DNA of 64,000 nucleotides. It comes from a virus (Duplodnaviria; Caudoviricetes). Numbering within the stretch: the first letter of the stretch is position 1; each line of letters begins with the position of its first letter. The stretch covers positions 1 through 64,000 of the IMG/VR virus record IMGVR_UViG_3300032314_000513; one strand, 5' to 3'. The translations under genes were made by a program, and so were the position numbers. The notes beneath the pieces were generated by a model, which saw nothing but the letters and a program-made list of their open reading frames with translations, did not search any database and was not told where the DNA came from. Shown here one piece after another: positions 9,528 to 19,007 of this stretch.

Positions 9528-9877
9528 TACAAAAATTAGGAACATTTTTATTGGGAATTTTAATATGCTTTTTAGCTATGTACTTTGTGAATACACACAA
9601 AATAGACTCAGTTATCAAGGATTTGAAACTTGAGAACGATTCCCTCCATAAGGCAAACCTTGTCTTAGATTCCTTAGAAAACACATATCTAGTAGAATTA
9701 AATAAAGCCAACTTTGAGGTTTTAAAGCTAGAGAAGGAAGATTATGTATTGGAGAACAAGGTTAAAGACATGAATAAGAAAATAATCATTATAAATAAAA
9801 AATATGAAAAAGCTCGTAATTACGCTGATAGCTTTGGCTCTGATGACATCAAAAGGTATTTCTCAGAACTTAAATGA
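9524..9877 (+). CDS. N-terminally anchored coiled-coil protein (spanin-like candidate)
   Basis: N-terminal TM followed by heptad coil. Overlaps the next gene. Confidence 0.4.
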   Translation: MIQKLGTFLLGILICFLAMYFVNTHKIDSVIKDLKLENDSLHKANLVLDSLENTYLVELNKANFEVLKLEKEDYVLENKVKDMNKKIIIINKKYEKARNYADSFGSDDIKRYFSELK

Positions 9878-10220
9878 TTCTGTTACCTGCATACCTAATT
9901 ATCAACTCAGATTGGCTATAAACCTAATTGAGAAGGGTAAGGTTACCCAAGAAGAGCTAGACTCTACTAAAAAGCTTGTAAGTTTTCTTAATACTAGAAT
10001 AGTCAAAAAAGACAGCATTTTAATGTTATATGGTCAAAGAGACCTTAATTGGAAAAATATTGATGGTGTTAATAAAGAGAAAATAGGTAATCTAAATAAA
10101 GTAATAACTAATTCAAATAAAATTATAGATATACAAGCTAAATCAATAAGAAGAGGTAAATTTGGCAAAATAGCCCTATTAGTCCTTGGATTTGGAGCAG
10201 GGATTATAATAGGTAATTAA
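9804..10220 (+). CDS. Secreted/membrane protein (second spanin-like candidate)
   Basis: Signal-like N-terminus, coiled coil and hydrophobic C-terminus. Starts inside the upstream gene. Confidence 0.35.
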   Translation: MKKLVITLIALALMTSKGISQNLNDSVTCIPNYQLRLAINLIEKGKVTQEELDSTKKLVSFLNTRIVKKDSILMLYGQRDLNWKNIDGVNKEKIGNLNKVITNSNKIIDIQAKSIRRGKFGKIALLVLGFGAGIIIGN

Positions 10221-10245
10221 AATTAATTAACAACATAACCATAAA

Positions 10246-11487
10246 ATGAATAAGCAAATTCACATGATTTGCCTGTTTGATTATAATGCAATCACAGGTT
10301 TTGCAACAGTATCTAAAAATCTTATTTCTCATTGGAGAAGGATGTTCGCAGACAATATAAAAATAGATATTGTAGCCGTTAACTATTTTGGGGAAGATTA
10401 CAACGAAACTCCCAATATCAGGGTTATTTCAGCAAAAATGAAAGATATAGCCAAAGATGATTTTGGCCGTTATGTATTTATGAGGTCTTTAGCCGACATA
10501 GACTATGACCTTATGTTTATTCTTCAGGACTTAGGCGTAATTATCCCATTAGTACCTCATCTAAAAAAGATATATAATGATAAGAAAGAAGCCAAAAGAA
10601 AGCTTTTTAAAAGTATCTTCTATTTCCCTGTTGACTTTCAATTAACTCCCAATTTAGCCGTAGATATAGAGTTTTTTGACCAATTAGTAACTTTTACAGA
10701 ATATGGCAGAAAAATGCTTTTAAGACTAAAACCACAACTAAAACATAAAATTAAAGTAATCCCACATGGTAATAATATGAAAAACTACTACCCTATTGAA
10801 AATCAAACAGAAAAGGCAGACTTCAGAAAACAATATTTTGGAGATAATGCAGATAAATTTATTGTAGGTTGCGTTAATCGTAATCAATCAAGAAAAGACA
10901 TTCCTACCACTATTTTTGGCTTTATGGAATATTGGGAGACACATAACCGAAACGCTTTCCTTTATTTACACATGGACCCAAATGACCCTATGGGTTGGGA
11001 TTTAAGGACTATATTGAAGCAAACGCCATTAATAGAAGGTATGGACTTTATGTTCCCTTCAGATACTGATGGTGGCTTTAAAGGTACCCCTGTAGAGGAT
11101 ATGAATAAGATTTATAACTCTTTTGATGTGTTTTTAACTACAGCTACAGGTGGAGGTTGGGAATTAACTGTAACGGAAGCTATGGCTTGTAAAGTGCCTA
11201 CAATTACGCCAAAACACACTTCATTTCAAATATTAGGAGGGGAAAACGCAGAAAGGACTTTTTATATTGAGACCTTATACCCTATTGTGGCTATGGTCGA
11301 TAACATAATCAGGTTTCAAAGTGATTTATACGAAATATCCGATACTTTGGATTTAATACACAGACAATTAGAAGAAGGGGAGTCTGATGTTTATAATAAG
11401 ATAGATGAAGCCTATAAGTTTGTAGAAAGCTTAGATTGGAAAGATATTTCTAAGAAATTTGCAGACGATATTAAGAGATTGGGCTAA
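10246..11487 (+). CDS. Glycosyltransferase family 4 (GT-B)
   Basis: IKVIPHG, FIVGCVNRNQSRKDIP and FDVFLTTATGGGWELTVTEAMACKVP. Confidence 0.85.
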   Translation: MNKQIHMICLFDYNAITGFATVSKNLISHWRRMFADNIKIDIVAVNYFGEDYNETPNIRVISAKMKDIAKDDFGRYVFMRSLADIDYDLMFILQDLGVIIPLVPHLKKIYNDKKEAKRKLFKSIFYFPVDFQLTPNLAVDIEFFDQLVTFTEYGRKMLLRLKPQLKHKIKVIPHGNNMKNYYPIENQTEKADFRKQYFGDNADKFIVGCVNRNQSRKDIPTTIFGFMEYWETHNRNAFLYLHMDPNDPMGWDLRTILKQTPLIEGMDFMFPSDTDGGFKGTPVEDMNKIYNSFDVFLTTATGGGWELTVTEAMACKVPTITPKHTSFQILGGENAERTFYIETLYPIVAMVDNIIRFQSDLYEISDTLDLIHRQLEEGESDVYNKIDEAYKFVESLDWKDISKKFADDIKRLG

Positions 11488-11493
11488 AAACCA

Positions 11494-11526
11494 AAAACCC
11501 ACATAACATCTTGCTATATGGGTTTT
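11494..11526. terminator. Hairpin between convergent genes (possibly bidirectional terminator)
   Basis: AAAACCCACATA-loop-TATATGGGTTTT, with one mismatch. Confidence 0.55.
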
Positions 11527-11560
11527 CAGGAATCAGTCGGTGCCCCCACAGGGGAGCTAA

Positions 11561-11677
11561 TTACTTTTTCATCGCCTTATAGACTAAGTAGCCAATGCCT
11601 AACAACGCTAAAGTGTTGTGAACATTGTTACCACCTAACCAATTCGGAGACTTGATGTCTAAAAATCCTGTTCCCAT
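11561..11677 (-). CDS. 38-aa antisense membrane peptide (not in track)
   Basis: MGTGFLDIKSPNWLGGNNVHNTLALLGIGYLVYKAMKK*, with leader aattaaaatcaaaATG and its own promoter box. Confidence 0.7.
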   Translation of the reverse strand: MGTGFLDIKSPNWLGGNNVHNTLALLGIGYLVYKAMKK

Positions 11678-11715
11678 TTTGATTTTAATTTAGGGGTTAA
11701 AAATATATTACAATT

Positions 11716-11723
11716 CAAATTTA
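11716..11723 (-). promoter_or_regulatory. Bacteroidota-type -7 box TAAATTTG
   Basis: Matches TAnnTTTG about 40 nt upstream of the antisense ORF. Confidence 0.5.
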
Positions 11724-11767
11724 ATACTTATTTTTATATCCTAATTATATTTTATCAAAAAATAGGT

Positions 11768-13600
11768 ATGGAATTAAATATTCAATCTAAGCTGTCAGTA
11801 TCTGATATTGACCATAAATATCCTAATATACCCCATTCTTTTATCAATGAACAATTGATTAAGGGAATTAAGGTAGAAAAGGAGCATACCGATAACCCTG
11901 AAGTTGCTAGGAAAATTGCCTTAGACCATTTAGAGGAAAATCCCTTTTATTACGAGTATTTGGATAAGATGGAAGAGGAATTAAAAACCTTGGATATTGA
12001 TAAACATTTCCAAGAACTACAAACAGAAAATTATTATGCAAAAGGTGGTAATTTAGAAGCATACGATTTTGATACTCCCACAGGTTTTGAATCAAAACTT
12101 TCTTATATCCAACAAGTACTTGTAAGGACAAAAGCCTTTAAGAATTGGTTTGGAGATTGGCAACTTGCTGCTAGAACTTATTTACTAGATGGACAAAAAA
12201 ACTTTAATAAACATTATGAAAATGTTTCTAAGGTAATTGATATGGATACCTTGGAACCTAAAGTTGGTTATCATGGTACAAAAGAAGAAAAAGAGTTTTA
12301 TAGTTTTGCTACAAATAAAGAAACAGGTGCAGGTAGACCTTATGGATATTTTGCAGAAAATAAAGAATACTCAATGAACTTTATTGGCAGAAGCAATTTG
12401 CTATATGCTGCATTTTTAAATATCAGAAATCCTTTTATTGCTAGAGGTGAAAATTTTACTGAAAGAAAAATGGATTGGATGGATGCTAGTGTTGCTATTG
12501 CAAAAAGAATGGCTACAGATAAATACGAATTGTTTAGTGATGAGTATGTTAAAGAAATTGCTAATCTTATTAAAGTACACGAAGGACAAATTTGGGATTA
12601 TTTAAAAAAAACTTATGAAAACGAGAAGTACAATTTTTGGCTTTTAATGGCTAGGGATTTTCAAAGTGAATTTAAAAACTTTATAATATCTCATGGCTAC
12701 GATGGAATATTTGCTGATGAGCAATTAAAAGACCCATACGATGTAAAAGACCCAAGTCAGTTTACAAACACATTTATCATTTTTGATGCTTCACAGGTAA
12801 AATTGGCTGACGGTAGAAATTTAAAATTTGACCCTATGAGTGCAGATATTAGATACGAAGATGGAGGTTTAATATATAAAAAAATATATAATAAAGGTGG
12901 AGGAGGTTATACCACAATAATAAATGGAATGTTATATAATATTAATAAGCAATATGAAAGAGGTAAATGGGTTGCTACAAGTGATGATGGAGAATATTAT
13001 ATGGAAACAAGCACTTTAGCAGAATTAAAAGATTATCTTAAATATCTTGACAAAAAAAATACAATGGAAAAGGGAGCTCAATTAGACATGCCTTACACAG
13101 ATGAGGCTGCTCCACAAATATTATCAAAAGGTGGTAAAATGAGAGAACTTCTACTTGCACACAAATACAAGTCAGGTGGAGCTTTACATAACAAGGAAGG
13201 AGTTAAAGATGATGCAAAAGAAGGTGGCCTATTTGTAGGTCAAAGTCATGCAGATGGTGGAATTAAAGCATACAATGTTTCAACACAGCAACCAATAGAG
13301 GTAGAAGGTGGAGAAGTGATTATAACAAAAAAAGCGGTAGACGATGGAGAAAAAAGAGAGTTTGAAGGAGAAATGCTTACAAACAAAGAAATCTTATCAA
13401 GAATCAATGAATCAGGTGGGGGCGTTTCATTTGCAGATGGCGGTGAAATACATGGTTGCGGTTGCTCAGGGAAAAAGTATAACTATGGTGGCGAAACACT
13501 TGAAGACTTTATGATTATTAAAAAAATGAATGATGCGTATGGTATGACTATTGGTAAGAGTGTATCTTATGTAAATTCTTTAGTCAATAAATTAAAATAA
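11768..13600 (+). CDS. Polyvalent protein: DUF5661-like domain + ART-PolyVal-like ADP-ribosyltransferase domain + GxSHxxGG domain
   Basis: GIKVEKEHTDNPEVARKIALDHLEENPFYY. VRTKAFKNWFGDW...SKVID...EPKVGYHGT...FLNIRNPF. GQSHADGGI...IEVEGGEVIIT. Confidence 0.7.
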   Translation: MELNIQSKLSVSDIDHKYPNIPHSFINEQLIKGIKVEKEHTDNPEVARKIALDHLEENPFYYEYLDKMEEELKTLDIDKHFQELQTENYYAKGGNLEAYDFDTPTGFESKLSYIQQVLVRTKAFKNWFGDWQLAARTYLLDGQKNFNKHYENVSKVIDMDTLEPKVGYHGTKEEKEFYSFATNKETGAGRPYGYFAENKEYSMNFIGRSNLLYAAFLNIRNPFIARGENFTERKMDWMDASVAIAKRMATDKYELFSDEYVKEIANLIKVHEGQIWDYLKKTYENEKYNFWLLMARDFQSEFKNFIISHGYDGIFADEQLKDPYDVKDPSQFTNTFIIFDASQVKLADGRNLKFDPMSADIRYEDGGLIYKKIYNKGGGGYTTIINGMLYNINKQYERGKWVATSDDGEYYMETSTLAELKDYLKYLDKKNTMEKGAQLDMPYTDEAAPQILSKGGKMRELLLAHKYKSGGALHNKEGVKDDAKEGGLFVGQSHADGGIKAYNVSTQQPIEVEGGEVIITKKAVDDGEKREFEGEMLTNKEILSRINESGGGVSFADGGEIHGCGCSGKKYNYGGETLEDFMIIKKMNDAYGMTIGKSVSYVNSLVNKLK

Positions 13601-13601
13601 A

Positions 13602-15221
13602 ATGGCAGACAAAGACTCGGTACAAATTAAAAAACAGCTTTCTGAAAAACTACCTGAATATAAATTTTCTGTAACTAGAAATGATTTTGCAGGTGGACAT
13701 AGCGTAAATGTGAGGGTACTTAGTGGCCCTTTTGATGTTTTTGCAAACGATAATGCTAGAGACAGACAAAATGGATATATTGAAATTTGGAGAGATTCTT
13801 ATAAAGAGGATGAAAGAATAAACAATGCTATTAAGCCTGATATAGATAAAATGTATAAAATCATTTATGATATTGGTCAATTCCCTAGTGGCTATCATGG
13901 TGGTCCTTATTTGCATTGGAATTTTGGTAGTTATTCAAAACCTTATGAGGTAACTTCTTCTAAAAAAAGTACACCTGCTCCTCAAAAATCTAGCGGACAA
14001 ACAAATGCAGATTCTGAATTATTAATGTCTTTCTCACAAGGTTGGAATTTATACAAAACAACAATCAATAAAACAGGTACTGATGGTAACCCATTAACAT
14101 TGGTTGTTTACAATTTAGGTAAAACAAAAGAACTTAAAAATATACCTTACGATAAGTTTTTAGAGTTCAAAGGGGAAATGCTTACTAACTTAGGTATGAA
14201 ATGGGTTAACGGATTTGCCAAGTTTGAAAAGTGGACTTTCCCTCCTGACACAGATATTTTAAAAGTAATTATTGATAAATATTATGGAGTTGGCGAAAAG
14301 AAAGAGGAGACCCCCACTCCTCAGCCAACGCCTAAAAGCTCAAAAATGTCAGTTAAAGAAATTGCTGATAGATTAATGACTTTAGATTCTACGCTTTGGG
14401 ATAGATTAAAAATAGAATCAGGCTCTCAATTATATGCTGATAATGACTTACAAAAAAAATACATCAAATATTGGACTGAATTTTATGAAGGAGATACTTC
14501 CATTCCAACTAAGATGAAGGAACTTTCAATTAAAGAAAGAAATGAGTTGGGTGATTATTTTGAAGATGACAACTATCATAGCTTGAAGAACCTATTTATG
14601 CTATATGGTTATTTTGGTATTTCAAACAAAGTAAATGCAGAAACTTTTTATGAACAAAGAGGATATGGCTTAAATCCTAAAAACTTTAAACCTAAAGATA
14701 AAAATGAAGAAGATATTGAAGTAAGAGAAAGATATGTTTACTATGATAAAAAAAGAAAACTAAAATTTGAAATAATTGTCAATTATAGTAATAAAAAATA
14801 TGATATTAGGTATGAAAACGATACAGACAATACTACATCAATAACTAGAGAAGAATTAGTAAAAGGTATAAAAGAAGGTTCAATTATTAGAGTATTAGAT
14901 GAAGAGAAAGAAGAAATTACATTTAAAACAGGAGACAAGTTTTTAGTTAAAGGAAGACCTGATAAAATATTTGAATTAGGTCTTATTGCTATGGGGCAGG
15001 TTACTATAATAACTCCTGATATGGGAGAGGTTCAATATTCTCTTACTGAAGTAAAACAAAGATTTGAAAGTGGAGCATGGACTAAAGTTATAGACGAAGA
15101 GAAGGAAGGCGGTACAGAAGAAGATATTAAAAAAGCAATAGCTGCATTAGAGATACTTGCAGAGGATGGAGATGAAGATGCTAAAAAAGGAATTGAAGCA
15201 TTAAAAATATTATTAAATTAA
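13602..15221 (+). CDS. Polyvalent protein with LPD29-like N-terminal domain
   Basis: IKKQLSEKLPEYKFSVTRNDFAGGHSVNVRVLSGP. C-terminal tag is shared with 18265-18978. Confidence 0.55.
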   Translation: MADKDSVQIKKQLSEKLPEYKFSVTRNDFAGGHSVNVRVLSGPFDVFANDNARDRQNGYIEIWRDSYKEDERINNAIKPDIDKMYKIIYDIGQFPSGYHGGPYLHWNFGSYSKPYEVTSSKKSTPAPQKSSGQTNADSELLMSFSQGWNLYKTTINKTGTDGNPLTLVVYNLGKTKELKNIPYDKFLEFKGEMLTNLGMKWVNGFAKFEKWTFPPDTDILKVIIDKYYGVGEKKEETPTPQPTPKSSKMSVKEIADRLMTLDSTLWDRLKIESGSQLYADNDLQKKYIKYWTEFYEGDTSIPTKMKELSIKERNELGDYFEDDNYHSLKNLFMLYGYFGISNKVNAETFYEQRGYGLNPKNFKPKDKNEEDIEVRERYVYYDKKRKLKFEIIVNYSNKKYDIRYENDTDNTTSITREELVKGIKEGSIIRVLDEEKEEITFKTGDKFLVKGRPDKIFELGLIAMGQVTIITPDMGEVQYSLTEVKQRFESGAWTKVIDEEKEGGTEEDIKKAIAALEILAEDGDEDAKKGIEALKILLN

Positions 15222-15226
15222 AAAAT

Positions 15227-16660
15227 ATGGCAACAAGAAAAGAACTTGAAGACAAAATTGCAACAATGAAAGCAGGACTAAATACAGTTCCTGACAATCT
15301 TAAACCAAATCTTCAAGCCAAAATAGAAGATTACGAATACAAGCTATCTCAATTAGGAGATGAAACTCCTGCTGCTGAACCTCCTGCTGAAGGGGGTCTT
15401 GCTGCTATTGCACAAATGCTTAATGCCTTCATGGCAGGTGGCGGTGGTGCTGATAGTTTTGAAGTAAAACAAATTATTAAAGAATATTTAGATGTAGATA
15501 AGGTTAAGCTTTCTGAGTTAGACCAATCTGTTATTGATGAGATTACTAAAAATCAAAAAGTAACTATTGAGCTTCCTGCTTATGATATGAAAATTGAAAT
15601 GAAGCAGTCTGTATCTAAAATCCCTAATATCTTCTCAATGATTGATGATGTATTAGCAGGTAACAATGTATTTTTAATCGGAGAAGCAGGTGGTGGTAAA
15701 ACTTACGCTGCTGAAACTATTGCTGAATTATTAGACAGAAGAATACAAATTATTAACTGTTCTCAATACACTTCCCCTACTGAAATATTAGGAGGACAGA
15801 CTATTGAAGGTTACAAAGAGGGTAAATTAATTAAAGCTTGGAGAGATGGAGATGTCCTTATTTTGGATGAGATGCCAAAATTAGACCCAAATACTGCAGG
15901 TCTTTTCAATGATGCCTTAGCTAAGAGTAGCAAAACTAGAGAATCTAGTAAAGCTAAAATTAACTCTACCAACCCTGAAGAGCCTCCTGTAGAAAGAAAT
16001 AGCAAATTTGCTTGTATTGCAACAGGTAACATTTATCCTAATAGTCCTGATACTAGAAGATATGTAGGTAACAACCAACAGGATTTATCGTTATTAGACA
16101 GATTCTCAGGTAGCGTATACTTTGTAGAGTTTGCAGACTATTTAGACCAAACTTCAGCTCGTTACAATTTCTTATATGAAATGCTAGTAGGTAACTACCA
16201 TGAGTATATCAGAGATGTTAGAAATAAGCAAACACCTCCTACCCCTAGAGGCTTGAGAACGGTGCTTGAAAGCTTAAACATGAAGAATTATGCTTTGGTT
16301 TCTTATCGTACTTTAATTTCATTTAGAGTAGCTTTTGAATATGAGCTAGTAAGAGCATTAGCTAGAAAAGAGGGTAAAGATGTATCTAATAGAGGTAAAA
16401 CTGTAGTTCAAAACTTTGATAACTATTTAGTTGCGTTCCCTCCTGATGCTAGAGCAACCTTACTTAGCACTACTAAATATACTACTGAATATATCGACAA
16501 CTTGGTAAAGAAAGCTATTGACAAAGTAGTTAATTCAAAAAATGAAGTAAACGGATTTATAGATATTCTAGCTCCTGATGTTAAATCAACTGCAGGTAAG
16601 ACTAGAGGAGAATCAAGAGAATGGAAAATTGCTGAAGATTATATCCTTAAAGAAGAATAA
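15227..16660 (+). CDS. MoxR/CobS-like AAA+ ATPase
   Basis: Walker A GEAGGGKT, INCSQYTSPTEILGG, Walker B LILDEM, and QQDLSLLDRF. Confidence 0.85.
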   Translation: MATRKELEDKIATMKAGLNTVPDNLKPNLQAKIEDYEYKLSQLGDETPAAEPPAEGGLAAIAQMLNAFMAGGGGADSFEVKQIIKEYLDVDKVKLSELDQSVIDEITKNQKVTIELPAYDMKIEMKQSVSKIPNIFSMIDDVLAGNNVFLIGEAGGGKTYAAETIAELLDRRIQIINCSQYTSPTEILGGQTIEGYKEGKLIKAWRDGDVLILDEMPKLDPNTAGLFNDALAKSSKTRESSKAKINSTNPEEPPVERNSKFACIATGNIYPNSPDTRRYVGNNQQDLSLLDRFSGSVYFVEFADYLDQTSARYNFLYEMLVGNYHEYIRDVRNKQTPPTPRGLRTVLESLNMKNYALVSYRTLISFRVAFEYELVRALARKEGKDVSNRGKTVVQNFDNYLVAFPPDARATLLSTTKYTTEYIDNLVKKAIDKVVNSKNEVNGFIDILAPDVKSTAGKTRGESREWKIAEDYILKEE

Positions 16661-17955
16661 TGGCTAAAGCCTTATCATATAGCAAAGAGGTAGTTGCTCC
16701 TAGTACGACTGTATTCATGTTTGATAAAATATATGATTACAACGACTTTATTGAGCAGAAGGCTATTGAATTGCCTAAATTGAGTGCTAATGCTAAAAGG
16801 GTATTTGATTCTAGTGTATCTGATTCTGCTGTAAAGTCTATGTCAAATGACATTAAATGGTATGGTACTAAAGATGCAAATAGTGTAAAGGGCAAATTAG
16901 ATACATTTTTAGATTCTAATAGATTAAATAACTTTTTAGAGCAATTTAGAAATCAAACTGTTTCTTTTGATTCAATAGATATTGACCAAAAAAAGAAGAT
17001 TGTATTTACTTCTCAAGAGATTGGGATTTTCTCGTTTGATTTAGCTTCATTAGGTTTAATTAGGGTTTATGAGTATTTCAGCCCATATCTAAACAGAATC
17101 ATTAGTGGTAACTTTGTTAGAAGCTATAAGAATGATGAAGGCCAATTAGTTTTTTATCATATTATGGTTGAGGGTTATCCAAGACATCTTTTACAATTAA
17201 AAAATGGTGTTTTACATAGTACTAGGTTGGATAGAGAAATAAGTTTTCAAGAAGCAGAAAAAGTAGAGACAGAGGATAAGATTGAATATTACATGCCTGA
17301 AAAGCTAAAGATTGAGAAACATGAAGTTGAAAGAAGGCAAAAGGTGGATAAAAAAGGAAATAAAGTTTTCTCTAGCACTTTTAAAAAGAGCTTTATCTAT
17401 ATTCCAAAAGTAACTAGTCAGCTACCTAGAATAGATATAATTATTAATGCTAGTTATAGTGCAGGTGTAGATGCAACAGAACAAATGATTTGGAGTTCAA
17501 TGGCTGCTATTTCAATTGCAGAAAAGTTAAGTGCATCAAATGTAGATTATAGAATTTATGCTTCTTATCCTGTTAAATTTAATAACAATAAAAAAACATA
17601 CACTTTTGTTAAAATAAAAGATAGCGGAGAGCCATTGAATATCAATGGTTTAGCTATTATGACTAGTGATGCAAGGCAATTTAGATACCAACAATTTAAA
17701 GGATTTATTACAACAGGTGCAGATGCAGGTTATGGAGATGATATAAGTGGTGGTATTGGTACTCCTATAATCGATGAAAATAATATAAAAAATGCTTTTA
17801 TTGAATATTTAAAGAAAACGAAAGATTTTGATTCATCAGATGCTTCTGTATTTGAAGATAGTAAAATTGTATTTGGTCAGTCTTTAAATAGACAATCTGC
17901 AATTGATAAATATAAGGATGTAATTAAGCAAATATCTAAAGTAAAAACGCCATGA
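16660..17955 (+). CDS. vWA-like partner of the AAA+ ATPase
   Basis: TAATG overlap with the ATPase. RIDIIINASYSAGVD...AISIAEKLSASNVDYRIY is typical of phage MoxR partners. Confidence 0.6.
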   Translation: MAKALSYSKEVVAPSTTVFMFDKIYDYNDFIEQKAIELPKLSANAKRVFDSSVSDSAVKSMSNDIKWYGTKDANSVKGKLDTFLDSNRLNNFLEQFRNQTVSFDSIDIDQKKKIVFTSQEIGIFSFDLASLGLIRVYEYFSPYLNRIISGNFVRSYKNDEGQLVFYHIMVEGYPRHLLQLKNGVLHSTRLDREISFQEAEKVETEDKIEYYMPEKLKIEKHEVERRQKVDKKGNKVFSSTFKKSFIYIPKVTSQLPRIDIIINASYSAGVDATEQMIWSSMAAISIAEKLSASNVDYRIYASYPVKFNNNKKTYTFVKIKDSGEPLNINGLAIMTSDARQFRYQQFKGFITTGADAGYGDDISGGIGTPIIDENNIKNAFIEYLKKTKDFDSSDASVFEDSKIVFGQSLNRQSAIDKYKDVIKQISKVKTP

Positions 17956-18272
17956 CAGAAGAACAAAAAATAGCCTTAGATGACCTTTTTGAGGACCATA
18001 AATTAAACTGCTATCAGAATCAGTCTTATGGTAGTGCGGAATATTGTCAGTTTGTGGCTTATGAAAACAAAACAAATAATGGAAGGGATAAAAATTTAAC
18101 AGTAGTTAGAGTTGAAATATACGACCTAACACAGGACTATATCCCTAAAACTAAAATTATTAATAACCTAATTGAGCCAAATGGGAATGTTATGTTTTTG
18201 GAGGATTTCTTATCAGAAACAGAGATTGTAGAATATTTGGAGGTATTGACTAAAATAGACATGAATGAGTAA
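17952..18272 (+). CDS. Hypothetical protein
   Basis: 106-aa ORF with ATGA overlap. Confidence 0.65.
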   Translation: MTEEQKIALDDLFEDHKLNCYQNQSYGSAEYCQFVAYENKTNNGRDKNLTVVRVEIYDLTQDYIPKTKIINNLIEPNGNVMFLEDFLSETEIVEYLEVLTKIDMNE

Positions 18273-18978
18273 ACTTTTTAAATATCTTAACCTATCTGAA
18301 GCTGATACTAAGCTTTTAGACCCTGAAACCATGCAAATGGGGGAGGTAGTGGATATTATGCAGAAAACCTACATGGTTGCTCCTGATGGCCGTAAAAAGG
18401 ACACTTTAGCTAATATGATAGCCGAGACGGTGGCTTTAGTACTTGCTAGAGTAAACTCAATTAAAGACCTTTCTAAGGATGCAAAGAAGAAAATAGATGA
18501 AGAGGTCAAGGAATTACCAAAAGCACCTCAAATGCCAAAAGAAACCCCACCGGATGAGCCTAAGCAAAAGGAGCCACCAAAAGAGGAAAAAATGCCTATT
18601 GAGGTAGGTCAATTTTGGATGAATAATGTTATTATGAGAAAAATGGAAATAACTAAAATTCAACCTGAAATAGACCTTGTTACGATAAATGTTTATAATA
18701 AAGAAGTTGGGGAAGCATATTATTCATTAGAATTAGCTTTGGAGAAAGTTAAAAATGGAGATTGGGTTTTAATAAAAGAAGATAAAGAACAAAAAGCTCC
18801 GAAAGAAAAACCTAAAAAAGAACAACCTCCAAAGGAAAAACCAATGCCTGAAGATGAACCTGAAACAGAAGAAGAGATAAGACAAGCCATTCAAGGATTA
18901 AATATCCTAGCTAAAATGGGAGACAATGATGTAAAAATTGAAATAAAAAGACTAAAAGCTAAACTTAAAAAGAAATAA
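18265..18978 (+). CDS. Hypothetical protein with Pro/Glu/Lys linkers and shared C-terminal tag
   Basis: C-terminus EEEIRQAIQGLNILAKMGDNDVKIEIKRLK resembles that of 13602-15221. Confidence 0.65.
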   Translation: MSKLFKYLNLSEADTKLLDPETMQMGEVVDIMQKTYMVAPDGRKKDTLANMIAETVALVLARVNSIKDLSKDAKKKIDEEVKELPKAPQMPKETPPDEPKQKEPPKEEKMPIEVGQFWMNNVIMRKMEITKIQPEIDLVTINVYNKEVGEAYYSLELALEKVKNGDWVLIKEDKEQKAPKEKPKKEQPPKEKPMPEDEPETEEEIRQAIQGLNILAKMGDNDVKIEIKRLKAKLKKK

Positions 18979-19007
18979 TTATCTAATTTTAATCAAAATT
19001 AATTACT

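Noticed and set aside
11527-11680. tRNA, tmRNA or structured ncRNA in the GC-richer intergenic stretch
   Set aside because: No cloverleaf or tmRNA tag. The stretch is better explained by the 38-aa minus-strand ORF and terminator hairpins.
15227-17955. Cobalamin synthesis (CobS/CobT)
   Set aside because: There are no other cob genes, and MoxR-vWA pairs in phages are commonly misannotated this way.
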